64,000 nucleotides of DNA from Akkermansia sp. (GTDB lineage: Bacteria; Verrucomicrobiota; Verrucomicrobiia; Verrucomicrobiales; Akkermansiaceae), in NCBI GenBank assembly GCA_045652085.1, contig JAZRTR010000043.1:3613-67612 (forward strand), in the 5' to 3' direction. The first letter of the stretch is position 1. Each line of letters begins with the position of its first letter. This document shows positions 56,523-64,000 of the stretch, piece by piece. The notes beneath the pieces were generated by a model. That model saw only the letters and a list, made by a program, of their open reading frames with translations, was not told the DNA's origin and did not search any database. A program made the translations under genes and the position numbers.

Positions 56523-56960
56523 ATGAGACACGGCGTCAAAAAGGCCAAGCTGCAGCGCACGGCCTCCCATCGTAAGGCTCTGCTTGCTAACCAGGCTTGC
56601 AGCCTCATCTCCCACGGCCGCATCACCACCACTCTGGCTAAGGCTAAGGCTCTTCGTCCCTATGTGGAGAAGCTCATCACTCTCGGCAAGACCGGCACCC
56701 TGCACGCCCGCCGTCAGGCTCTGGCCACTCTGCCCCAGCCCAAGGTTGTTACCAAGCTTTTCAGCGTGGTTGCAGAGGCTACCAAGGACCGTCAGGGCGG
56801 TTACTGCCGCATCGTGAAGCTCGGTCAGCGCATGACTGACAGCGCTCCCATGGCCCTCATCGAGATTATCGACCTGCCCCAGCTTACCGCCCCCGTGGCT
56901 CCCACCACCACCGTGGGTACCGGTACCACTGAGGCTCCCGCTGCTGAAGAGCAGAACTAA
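56523..56960 (+). CDS. rplQ: 50S ribosomal protein L17
   Basis: MRHGVKKAKLQRTASHRKALLANQACSLISHGRITTTLAKAKALRPYVEKLITLGK...GGYCRIVKLGQRMTDSAPMALIE. Confidence 0.95.
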   Translation: MRHGVKKAKLQRTASHRKALLANQACSLISHGRITTTLAKAKALRPYVEKLITLGKTGTLHARRQALATLPQPKVVTKLFSVVAEATKDRQGGYCRIVKLGQRMTDSAPMALIEIIDLPQLTAPVAPTTTVGTGTTEAPAAEEQN

Positions 56961-56990
56961 AGAGTCTGATTCAGATAAGATCTAATCATA

Positions 56991-57022
56991 AGGAGGCGGA
57001 ATCTACGGATTCCGCCTCCTTT
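56991..57022 (+). terminator. hairpin terminator after rplQ
   Basis: AGGAGGCGGAATC-TACG-GATTCCGCCTCCT then TT. The T-tract is weak. Confidence 0.5.
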
Positions 57023-57417
57023 AGCTATAAGGGGAAAACACTCCCTTAATCATAAGCGAACATATTTGACAAAAGCATCGGATGAAGATTATAAAAACAG
57101 CCTGATGAGATGTAATCAAATAGCCAATTTCTTCCTGTAGTTCTGAAGGAACATAAGTTTCTTATTATTTAATTTCCATATTTATTCCGTCTTGCCCCCT
57201 AAAAAGAACTTTGAGAGCATTTCAGATGTCGCTATTCTTGGCTGAGAAATTGCGAGATTTGTTGCCGTCCATCACACGCGCTATGCCCCCTATTTCTGTT
57301 CAAAAAATGATTGCATCGGACCTTATAAAATGATATAACGGGTTTGTACGTGTGGGGTATGCCTAAGAATTAGGGGGTAAGTTGACCTCGTGAGCGTCTA
57401 AGCAAGCGCGCTAAATT

Positions 57418-58542
57418 ATGAGTCAGAAATTAAAAATTGCGATTGTGGGGGATTTTCCCATCGGTAAGGTGTGTAGCCGCTATGCCATGAAAAAGTGTTT
57501 TTATGCTGGGTGGTTGTACAATCTTTATGAGCTGCTGGAGGAGGTGGATGATTTTGAAATTCATTGGATTGTAGCAGATAAGCTGGTCGAAAAAGATGAA
57601 GAGTTTCGAGTGGGAAAACAGACCTTTCACCTTCTTTCGTGTACCGGTTTAACTGTGGGGTTGTATACGGCGTACGCATACAATCGTATAAAAGTGGCTC
57701 GGTGTGTACGTAAGATTAAGCCTGACATTTTACATGCTTGGGGAACTGAGCGGTTTTATGGTTTGGTGGCAAAGGATTTTTCGGGAACATCTATCATGTC
57801 TGTGCAAGGGCTTCTGACGGCATATGGTCAGAGGGCTACTATATCTCCATTTGAAAGGAAGCAGCGATGGTATGAAAAAGGAGTATTGAGAGCTGTTGAC
57901 TATATTACAACAGAGTCGTCATGGGCGAGAGACCGTGTGTTGGAATTGGCGCCGGATGCAGATGTGACACTTTGGGAGTACGCGCCTGAAAGGAGATTCT
58001 TCGACTTATCTCGAAATCTGACAGAAACACCAACCTGTCTCTGTGCTGGTACCCATACGCCGGTTAAGGACATACCTACGGTTGTCAAGGCATTTGCCTC
58101 GCCGAAACTTGCTCATGTTACTTTATATCTTGCTGGTGTGTCACCGGGGGCAATTGATTCGTTGCCGCCTAATGTAGTTCCTTTAGGCCGTCTTTCCAGA
58201 GACGAAATGACGGAGTATTTGAGTAAGGTGTGGTGTTTGGCTCACCCCAGTCTGGCAGATTCATCTCCTAATATTGTGAAGGAGGCCCGAGTTGTTGGAT
58301 TGCCGGCAGTCGTGACAACGGAATGTGGTGGCAAGCAGTACATTGACCAAGGCGAGTCTGGTTTTATTATAGCTCCTGGAGACGTCAATGCTATGATTGA
58401 TGCCGTGTTGACGATGACTTCTTCTGCAGATGTTGCGCTTCGAATGGGAGCTTTTAACAGAGAACGATGCAGGGAGCTGCTCAGTCCAGAAACTATGAAG
58501 ACTGGAGTTATCAATTTGTATCACAGGGTTTTTTATAAATAA
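57418..58542 (+). CDS. GT-B fold glycosyltransferase (family 4 / Glycos_transf_1)
   Basis: C-terminal EX7E-type region SLADSSPNIVKEARVVGLPAVVTTECGGKQYIDQGESGFII. Lies in a visibly AT-richer stretch. Confidence 0.8.
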   Translation: MSQKLKIAIVGDFPIGKVCSRYAMKKCFYAGWLYNLYELLEEVDDFEIHWIVADKLVEKDEEFRVGKQTFHLLSCTGLTVGLYTAYAYNRIKVARCVRKIKPDILHAWGTERFYGLVAKDFSGTSIMSVQGLLTAYGQRATISPFERKQRWYEKGVLRAVDYITTESSWARDRVLELAPDADVTLWEYAPERRFFDLSRNLTETPTCLCAGTHTPVKDIPTVVKAFASPKLAHVTLYLAGVSPGAIDSLPPNVVPLGRLSRDEMTEYLSKVWCLAHPSLADSSPNIVKEARVVGLPAVVTTECGGKQYIDQGESGFIIAPGDVNAMIDAVLTMTSSADVALRMGAFNRERCRELLSPETMKTGVINLYHRVFYK

Positions 58543-58547
58543 TTGAT

Positions 58548-59424
58548 ATGTCAGAGGTTGGGTAGTAGAGGAAATGTTTTATTAGCTTTGCTGATTCTCG
58601 AATGTATGCTGCAACACAGAGAATCGCCAAGCAGGCTGAGACCTGAACTTCTTTGATGAAATTCATGTGATGAATGAGGATGCTCTAGTTCCGGAGTTTT
58701 GTCACAAATGGCAGCATGTTATGAAAATTGGCGTGCGTGGATATGGTTATTGGTGTTGGAAACCGTAATAATTCTTCGTTTATTGGAGAATAGGCCTGAA
58801 AATGCTGTGCTGCTGTATTGTGATGCGGGATGTCATCTTAATCCTAAAGGTGTTGAGCGGTTGCAATTTTATGTGGATGAATTAAATGCTGACCCGCTGG
58901 GTGTAAAAGCTTTTTATGCGCATTGTGGATATACGGAAGTGACGGAAAAGAAGTGGATGAAAGGCGATGTTTTTGAATATTTTAATTGTCGGGATAGAAA
59001 AGATGTGACGGATTGTCAGCAGGTAGCGGCAACTCAGATTTTACTACGAAAGGTTTCTAGCGCTGTGGAGCTCGTAAGGGAGTGGAAGCGGATTATGTAT
59101 GAGCAATTTTCTCTAATTGATGATACTCCTTCTAAATCGCCGAACTTACCCGGATTTCTTGAAAATAGTCACGATCAGAGTATCTTTTCTTTGTTGTATA
59201 AACTGAGAGGTGGTATACCTCTTCCGTCTGGTGAGACAGATTCCGCAGACTATACGAAGATGGACGCCTATCCTATTTGGAATATGAGAGATAGGGGGTA
59301 TAAGGATAGACGCTTTTTTGCTCGCCTTAAACGCTTTATTAAGGCCCGTATCTTCATGTCTAAAGTTTGGCTAGAAAAGATGAAAGATAAGTTATTTAGA
59401 ACTGGTGCAACGAGTGATAAATGA
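58548..59424 (+). pseudogene. disrupted LPS/glycan-biosynthesis-like gene (two in-frame TAGs and two 1-nt frameshifts)
   Basis: The ATG at 58548 reads MSEVG, then TAG TAG (58563-58568), then RKCFISFADSRMYAATQRIAKQAET. The sense then continues in another frame from about 58643 (LNFFDEIHVMNEDALVPEFCHKWQHVMKIGVRGYGYWCWKP, stop at 58766). It shifts again at about 58765 into the 241-aa track ORF (VIILRLLENRPENAVLLYCDAGCHLN...HDQSIFSLL). Each junction shares a single base. Confidence 0.5.
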
Positions 59425-59505
59425 GCAGATAAAATGCCCATTAACTCGTTCTGCTTGTGCGTATAGTTTTACCGGTTCGTGTGTTGGAATGCACTCAATT
59501 TTCCA

Positions 59506-60261
59506 CTAGTCACCCGTAGGCGACTGGCCTCGCAGTAGGGCGGTGCAGAAGCTTTCCGGGAGGCCGGTGCGTGAGATTTTCTCTGCAGCGGCCTTTGCAT
59601 CATAATCCACTCTACGCAGGGTGAGGGTGGCTGTTTCCTCATCATACAGGCCGTAGGCGGCGCGGTAGTTCAGGTCTCTGGGCTGGCCGACGGAGCCGGG
59701 ATTGATGAGGTAACGGCATTCAGCCTCCAGCCGCAGGGAGAAGGTGCCGCTTTCATCATAGGCTACGGGAATGATGCTGACCTTGCCCTCGCGCTCGCAG
59801 AAAATAGCCGGGCGGTGGGTGTGCCCGTAGAAACAAAGCTGCCCCTCGAACTGGGTGAAAGCTGTGCGGGCTTCCGGTACTGTGGAGATGCGCTGCCATT
59901 CCTCGCCGGGGGCAGGGGATGCGTGCACTAAAGTGAGCCCATGCCAGGAAGCTTTGCGGGGAAGAGGGCGTACGAGGTTCGTCAGCTCGGTGCCGAGCAT
60001 GGCAGCTGTGCGGTCCATCATGGCAGTATACAGCGGTACTCCGAAGAGTCCTCGCTGTAGCAGTGCTTGTTCGTGGTTGCCGCGTACGGCCACACTGAAC
60101 AACGGCATTACCGTCTGCATGCAGGCGGCAGGGTCCCCGTTGAAACCGATGACATCACCCAGCCCGGCGTAGTGCGTAGCGTGCAGCTGTGCTGCATCTG
60201 ACAGCACAGCTTGCAAGGCTTCGAGGTTGGCATGAATGTCGCTGAGAAGCGCGACTTTCAT
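59506..60261 (-). CDS. metallophosphoesterase (YfcE/MJ0936-like)
   Basis: LLSDIHAN, GLGDVIGFNGDP, VRGNHE, YGHTH motifs. Confidence 0.85.
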   Translation of the reverse strand: MKVALLSDIHANLEALQAVLSDAAQLHATHYAGLGDVIGFNGDPAACMQTVMPLFSVAVRGNHEQALLQRGLFGVPLYTAMMDRTAAMLGTELTNLVRPLPRKASWHGLTLVHASPAPGEEWQRISTVPEARTAFTQFEGQLCFYGHTHRPAIFCEREGKVSIIPVAYDESGTFSLRLEAECRYLINPGSVGQPRDLNYRAAYGLYDEETATLTLRRVDYDAKAAAEKISRTGLPESFCTALLRGQSPTGD

Positions 60262-60263
60262 TT

Positions 60264-61301
60264 TTACTCCGCAAGCAGGGTTTTCAGGCGAGCTTTGAAT
60301 GCGGGAATGCCATCACCCATAGCGGCGGAGATAGGCAGAATCTCAATCTTGGGGAAGCGCTGGCGCAATATTTCCAGATTTTCCACAGCGGTGGGGTCAT
60401 CCATCTTGTTAGCCAGAATAATCCATCGGCGCTCAGCAAGCTCATCAGAGTACAGCTTGACTTCCTTGCGCAGTGTCTGAATAGCCTCCACGGGGTCATG
60501 CTCCAAGCCGGTCATGTCCACCACAAAGAGCAGCACATGGCAGCGCATGATGTGCCGCAGGAACTCGTGGCCCAGACCGCGGTTCTCGGACGCGCCTTCA
60601 ATGATGCCCGGAATATCAGCCACAATGCAGCGGGAATAATCCTCGAACTCCACCACACCCACAATCGGCTGCAGCGTGGTGAAGGGGTAACTGGCTACCT
60701 TGGGGGTAGCGCGGGAGATGGCGCCCAGCAGTGTGCTCTTGCCGGCATTCGGGTAGCCCACAAGACCGGCATCAGCGATGCGGCGCAGCTCAAAGAAGAA
60801 TACGCCGCTCTCAGCCTCCGTGCCGTATTCAAACTTAAGGGGAGCCTGGTCCGTGGCGGTGCGGAAGTGCCAGTTGCCACGGCCACCCTTACCACCTTGG
60901 CAGAGCACGAAACGCTCGCCGGGTTCCGTAAGGTCCGCTATCTGCTCGAACTCAATGCCGTCACCCTCACGCTCCAGCCAAGTGGCTTCCTGCATGGTGG
61001 CGGCGTTAGTGCGGTACACGATAGTGCCGGGCGGCACTTTGCCGATGACGGTACGGCCGTCCTTACCATGCTTGCGGGCGTGCATTCCGGGCATGCCATC
61101 CGTCGCGACAAGCTTGGGGTCATAGAAATAATTGCGCAGGTCATTCGTGCCTGTGCTTACTTCAAGGATGACGCTGCCGCCGTCACCGCCGTCGCCGCCA
61201 TCAGGGCCGCCGCGCGGTACAAACTTCTCGCGTCGGAAACTGGCCAAGCCGTTTCCGCCCTTGCCTGCTTTGGCAAATATACGAATATGATCTACGAACA
61301 T
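60264..61301 (-). CDS. obg: GTPase Obg/CgtA
   Basis: MFVDHIRIFAKAGKGGNG..FRREKFVPRGGPDGGDGGDGGSV Obg fold. G1 GYPNAGKST, G3 DIPG, G4 NKMD. Confidence 0.95.
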   Translation of the reverse strand: MFVDHIRIFAKAGKGGNGLASFRREKFVPRGGPDGGDGGDGGSVILEVSTGTNDLRNYFYDPKLVATDGMPGMHARKHGKDGRTVIGKVPPGTIVYRTNAATMQEATWLEREGDGIEFEQIADLTEPGERFVLCQGGKGGRGNWHFRTATDQAPLKFEYGTEAESGVFFFELRRIADAGLVGYPNAGKSTLLGAISRATPKVASYPFTTLQPIVGVVEFEDYSRCIVADIPGIIEGASENRGLGHEFLRHIMRCHVLLFVVDMTGLEHDPVEAIQTLRKEVKLYSDELAERRWIILANKMDDPTAVENLEILRQRFPKIEILPISAAMGDGIPAFKARLKTLLAE

Positions 61302-61455
61302 GGGCGGCAGCTTAATGGATTACAGCACTAATGTCAAGCGTTATTTGCAATTAGTGATGGGCGAAACGTAAAGTATAAGAACTTTGCATTGTCCTTTAGT
61401 TGAGAACTTTTCGCGTTGTGGAGAATAAAGCCAGCCCCTTGCTCGGAGCCGGGCG

Positions 61456-61764
61456 GTGGAAGAGAATGCGACGTATGAGGTGCTATCTCGGGCGGGTATG
61501 TGGATATTGGACTTGAAAAGGAAGGGCGAATTTGCTACCATCACGCGCATGTCCAAGAAAATGTACATATTCCGCTGTCCTCAGCCTGAGTTTGAGGAGA
61601 TAGAGCGAATCTGCGCGGAGAATGGTACGGACCACTCCCGTGTGGTGAACGCAGCACTGCTGATGTTCACGGACTGCATGGTGGAGGACGGTATCTTGGA
61701 GCCGCGACAGCTTCCCCCTTGCGTGCTGCAAGAGATGCAGCCTATTCCGGCCGGGCGGGAGTAG
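61456..61764 (+). CDS. hypothetical small protein, possibly ribbon-helix-helix
   Basis: KKMYIFRCPQPEFEEIERICAENGTDHSRVVNAALLMF has a strand-helix-helix pattern. The true start may be the internal Met (about 61549). Confidence 0.3.
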   Translation: MEENATYEVLSRAGMWILDLKRKGEFATITRMSKKMYIFRCPQPEFEEIERICAENGTDHSRVVNAALLMFTDCMVEDGILEPRQLPPCVLQEMQPIPAGRE

Positions 61765-61802
61765 ATAACTTATCACACATCCTAATCTGATTCTGATATA
61801 TC

Positions 61803-62891
61803 ATGGCTAAGATTTTAGTGGCACTGAGTGGAGGCGTGGACAGCGCAGCTGCGGCAGCTCTGCTGGTGGAGCAGGGGCACGAAGTCGTGGCGGCATACAT
61901 GAAGAACTGGGTGAATGAGGAGAATATCCCCGGTGAGTGCCCGTGGGAGCGTGATATTGAGGATGCTCTCGGAGTCTGCCGCAAGCTTGGTATAGAGCTG
62001 CGCGTGGTGGACCTCATTGAACAGTACCGCAGCCGAGTGGTGAATTACCTGATAGAAGGTTATCGCGCGGGGTTTACCCCGAATCCGGACGTGCTTTGTA
62101 ACCGTGAAATGAAGTTTGGCGTGCTGTTGGATTATGCACTGGAGCAGGGGTTCTCCTCAGTGGCTACCGGGCATTATGCTAAGCGGCTTGATGTGCCAGG
62201 GGAAGGTAGCTATGTGCTGCGAGGCGTGGACCGTAATAAAGACCAATCTTATTTCCTTGCGCTAATGAAGCCGCAGCAGGTGGCTCACGCCGTGTTCCCG
62301 GTGGGAGAGTTGACTAAACCCCAAGTGCGTGAGCTGGCTCGCCGTTTTCAGCTACCGAATGCTGAGAAGAAGGATTCTCAGGGGATCTGCTTTATCGGTC
62401 AGGTGAAGATGAGTGATTTCTTGCGCCACTATCTGCCGGATAATCCCGGTGATATTGTGGATTTGAAGGGCCGCAAGCTTGGGCGGCACGATGGTTTGCA
62501 CCTATTTACCATGGGGCAGCGTAAAGGTCACCATGTGGCTTCTCCACGTGAGGGGGTTGCCTATGTGGTGGTTGGGAAGGACTTGAAACGCAATCGCCTT
62601 ATTCTGGGATATGAAGGTGAGGATACCCCCGGCCTTTATGCTCACAGCGCTGTTATTGGCTCTGTTACGAATCTGTTGACTGCTCTTCCCGAGCGTGTAA
62701 TGGCTCAGCCCCGCTATCGTGCGCCTGCCGTGCATGCCACTTGCACTCCGCTGGGGGATGGTCGATACCGCCTGAGCTTTGATGAGCCTGTGCGGGCTCT
62801 TGCCCTAGGGCAGGTATGTGCTCTTTATGCGCCGGATGCTGATCGTGGTGAGCGTTTGTTAGGTGGTGGATTTTTTGAAGAAATCTGCTGA
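61803..62891 (+). CDS. mnmA: tRNA-specific 2-thiouridylase MnmA
   Basis: PP-loop ALSGGVDSAAAA, YMKNW, CNREMKFG, KDQSYFL, catalytic Cys context KDSQGICFIG. Confidence 0.95.
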   Translation: MAKILVALSGGVDSAAAAALLVEQGHEVVAAYMKNWVNEENIPGECPWERDIEDALGVCRKLGIELRVVDLIEQYRSRVVNYLIEGYRAGFTPNPDVLCNREMKFGVLLDYALEQGFSSVATGHYAKRLDVPGEGSYVLRGVDRNKDQSYFLALMKPQQVAHAVFPVGELTKPQVRELARRFQLPNAEKKDSQGICFIGQVKMSDFLRHYLPDNPGDIVDLKGRKLGRHDGLHLFTMGQRKGHHVASPREGVAYVVVGKDLKRNRLILGYEGEDTPGLYAHSAVIGSVTNLLTALPERVMAQPRYRAPAVHATCTPLGDGRYRLSFDEPVRALALGQVCALYAPDADRGERLLGGGFFEEIC

Positions 62892-63023
62892 TAGCCTGAG
62901 GTGCATTAAATCTAGCGGAGACAGGAAATCCTGCTGTAATCAACGGTAAGGATGTGATTCTGAATTCAGAAGCGTTTTTTTTGGTTGCAGGATGGCGTCA
63001 AATATGCTAGACTATGGTGAAAC

Positions 63024-63737
63024 ATGGATGGTTCTTCCGCAAGTTTAGAGGTGCAGGTCGCTGTTCAGGAGTCCCGAGTGCGGGAGCTTGAGGCGGAGCT
63101 GGCTTCTGCTCGTGCTGCGCTGGATGTCTCACGTACAAGGGTACTAGCGAGGCAGCGAACGGGGGTGCCGGATACCAGAGTTTTTTCTATGGTGGGCTCT
63201 GCGGTGGTGGGGCCGTTGCAGGTGTTGCCTCATAGTGAGCCAAGTAAACTTACGAATGCTCTGTCCGCTAATCGCCCGGCTGTTTTGCTTCAGCCTCTGC
63301 CGCTCCATGATTCTTTGCGCCGTAAATGGAAGCTTGGTGCTGGTTTGCCGTTTGCCAGTGGGGCTATAGGTGGAGAGGTAGCATCTGCTGAAATACCAGT
63401 AGGCGGTGTATTGCGCATATACGGCATGCTCTGTGATGGCTCTCCGTGGGAGAGTGAGGTGCCTTTCAGCAGTCTGGTGAAAGAGGGCGGTGTTGTCATC
63501 GGGAGAGATGCCCGCATGTGTGAAGTTACACTGGAGGATGAAAGCGTATCCCGTATGCATGCTCGTCTGGAAATCAATCATCTTGGGCTTGTTGTGTCTG
63601 ACGTAAACTCCATGAATGGTGTTTTTGTGAACTCTACGAGGGTGGATTACCACTGCCCACAGCTCCAGTTGACTGATGGAGCTGTATTGACGCTTGGTGA
63701 AGTGCCGCTGCGGGTGGAGCTCATATTACCCTCATAA
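63024..63737 (+). CDS. FHA-domain protein with N-terminal coiled coil
   Basis: C-terminal FHA core VIGRDARMCEVTLEDESVSRMHARLEINHLGLVVSDVNSMNGVFVNSTRV. Confidence 0.8.
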   Translation: MDGSSASLEVQVAVQESRVRELEAELASARAALDVSRTRVLARQRTGVPDTRVFSMVGSAVVGPLQVLPHSEPSKLTNALSANRPAVLLQPLPLHDSLRRKWKLGAGLPFASGAIGGEVASAEIPVGGVLRIYGMLCDGSPWESEVPFSSLVKEGGVVIGRDARMCEVTLEDESVSRMHARLEINHLGLVVSDVNSMNGVFVNSTRVDYHCPQLQLTDGAVLTLGEVPLRVELILPS

Positions 63738-63770
63738 TTTTTTGATATTGTTGTTAACTCATCGTTTTTT

Positions 63771-64000
63771 ATGAAGAAAGTATATATAAACCTAGGATTG
63801 TCACTTGCAGCTGGTGCTGCGCTGGCCGCTGGTGATTTGTCATCTTCTGATCACCTGTGGTATAGGCAGCCGGCAGTGGTGCCGAACACTCCGTTGCCAT
63901 GGACTGCTGTGCCGCATAATACAGGTAACCTTCCTGGGAAAGCAAATCGTGATACGTGGGAAAGTCAGACACTCCCTGTGGGTAACGGTCGTGTGGGTGG
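63771..64000 (+). CDS. GH95-like alpha-L-fucosidase, N-terminal fragment (runs off window)
   Basis: Not in the ORF track (no stop in window). MKKVYINLGLSLAAGAALAAG signal, then LWYRQPA...WESQTLPVGNGRVG, the characteristic GH95 N-terminal motif (LWY..PA..W...LP.GNGR.G). Confidence 0.65.
   Translation, partial: MKKVYINLGLSLAAGAALAAGDLSSSDHLWYRQPAVVPNTPLPWTAVPHNTGNLPGKANRDTWESQTLPVGNGRVG

Noticed and set aside
60498-61331. 277-aa plus-strand ORF, and 26747-27538, 263 aa.
   Set aside because: Antisense to obg and mtaD respectively. No motifs.
1-64000. Scan for transposases, integrases, IS inverted repeats, rRNA genes and CRISPR arrays.
   Set aside because: No ORF in the track showed DDE/tyrosine- or serine-recombinase motifs. 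No rRNA-like conserved stretches or repeat-spacer arrays were seen by eye. A computational scan could still find short remnants.

Overview
Reading the six-frame track and raw sequence by eye, this is a gene-dense chromosomal segment: about 60 protein-coding genes, one tRNA-Ser, and no rRNA, CRISPR array, transposase or integrase. The taxon is inferred to be Verrucomicrobiota or Akkermansia-like. That inference rests on a PVC-type long GreA, a GH95 fucosidase, a secreted ankyrin protein, several lipoprotein L,D-transpeptidases and mostly no Shine-Dalgarno sequences.

Housekeeping genes recognised with good support are xseB-dxs, recO, ribH-nusB, ftsY, rlmN, rpsN, map, rimO, rpoA-rplQ, obg, mnmA and panE. 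Also well supported are an ABC-F ATPase, a Yej/Opp-like ABC importer and an FKBP isomerase.

The regions most worth a second look are:
1. A tightly coupled ABC-type ATPase plus PD-(D/E)xK-like nuclease pair (41088-42943) between housekeeping genes. This is my best candidate for an undescribed two-gene defence-type system.
2. A cell-envelope locus (30.6-38.5 kb) with three YkuD L,D-transpeptidase paralogs. One carries about 1.2 kb of 120-nt (40-aa) E/R/A repeats. The locus also holds a plant-CslA-like processive GT2 synthase and a holin-like plus M15 peptidase pair with no signal peptide.
3. An SLC13/DASS transporter interrupted by an alanine-rich insert of about 400 aa. It heads an apparent operon with a cNMP-domain histidine kinase, a stand-alone receiver and a porin.
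4. An orphan, very strong plus-strand terminator preceded by a structured region (sRNA candidate, about 54.34-54.49 kb).
5. An AT-richer glycosyltransferase islet containing a multiply disrupted pseudogene.

All functional calls come from motif recognition by eye. No database search was run.
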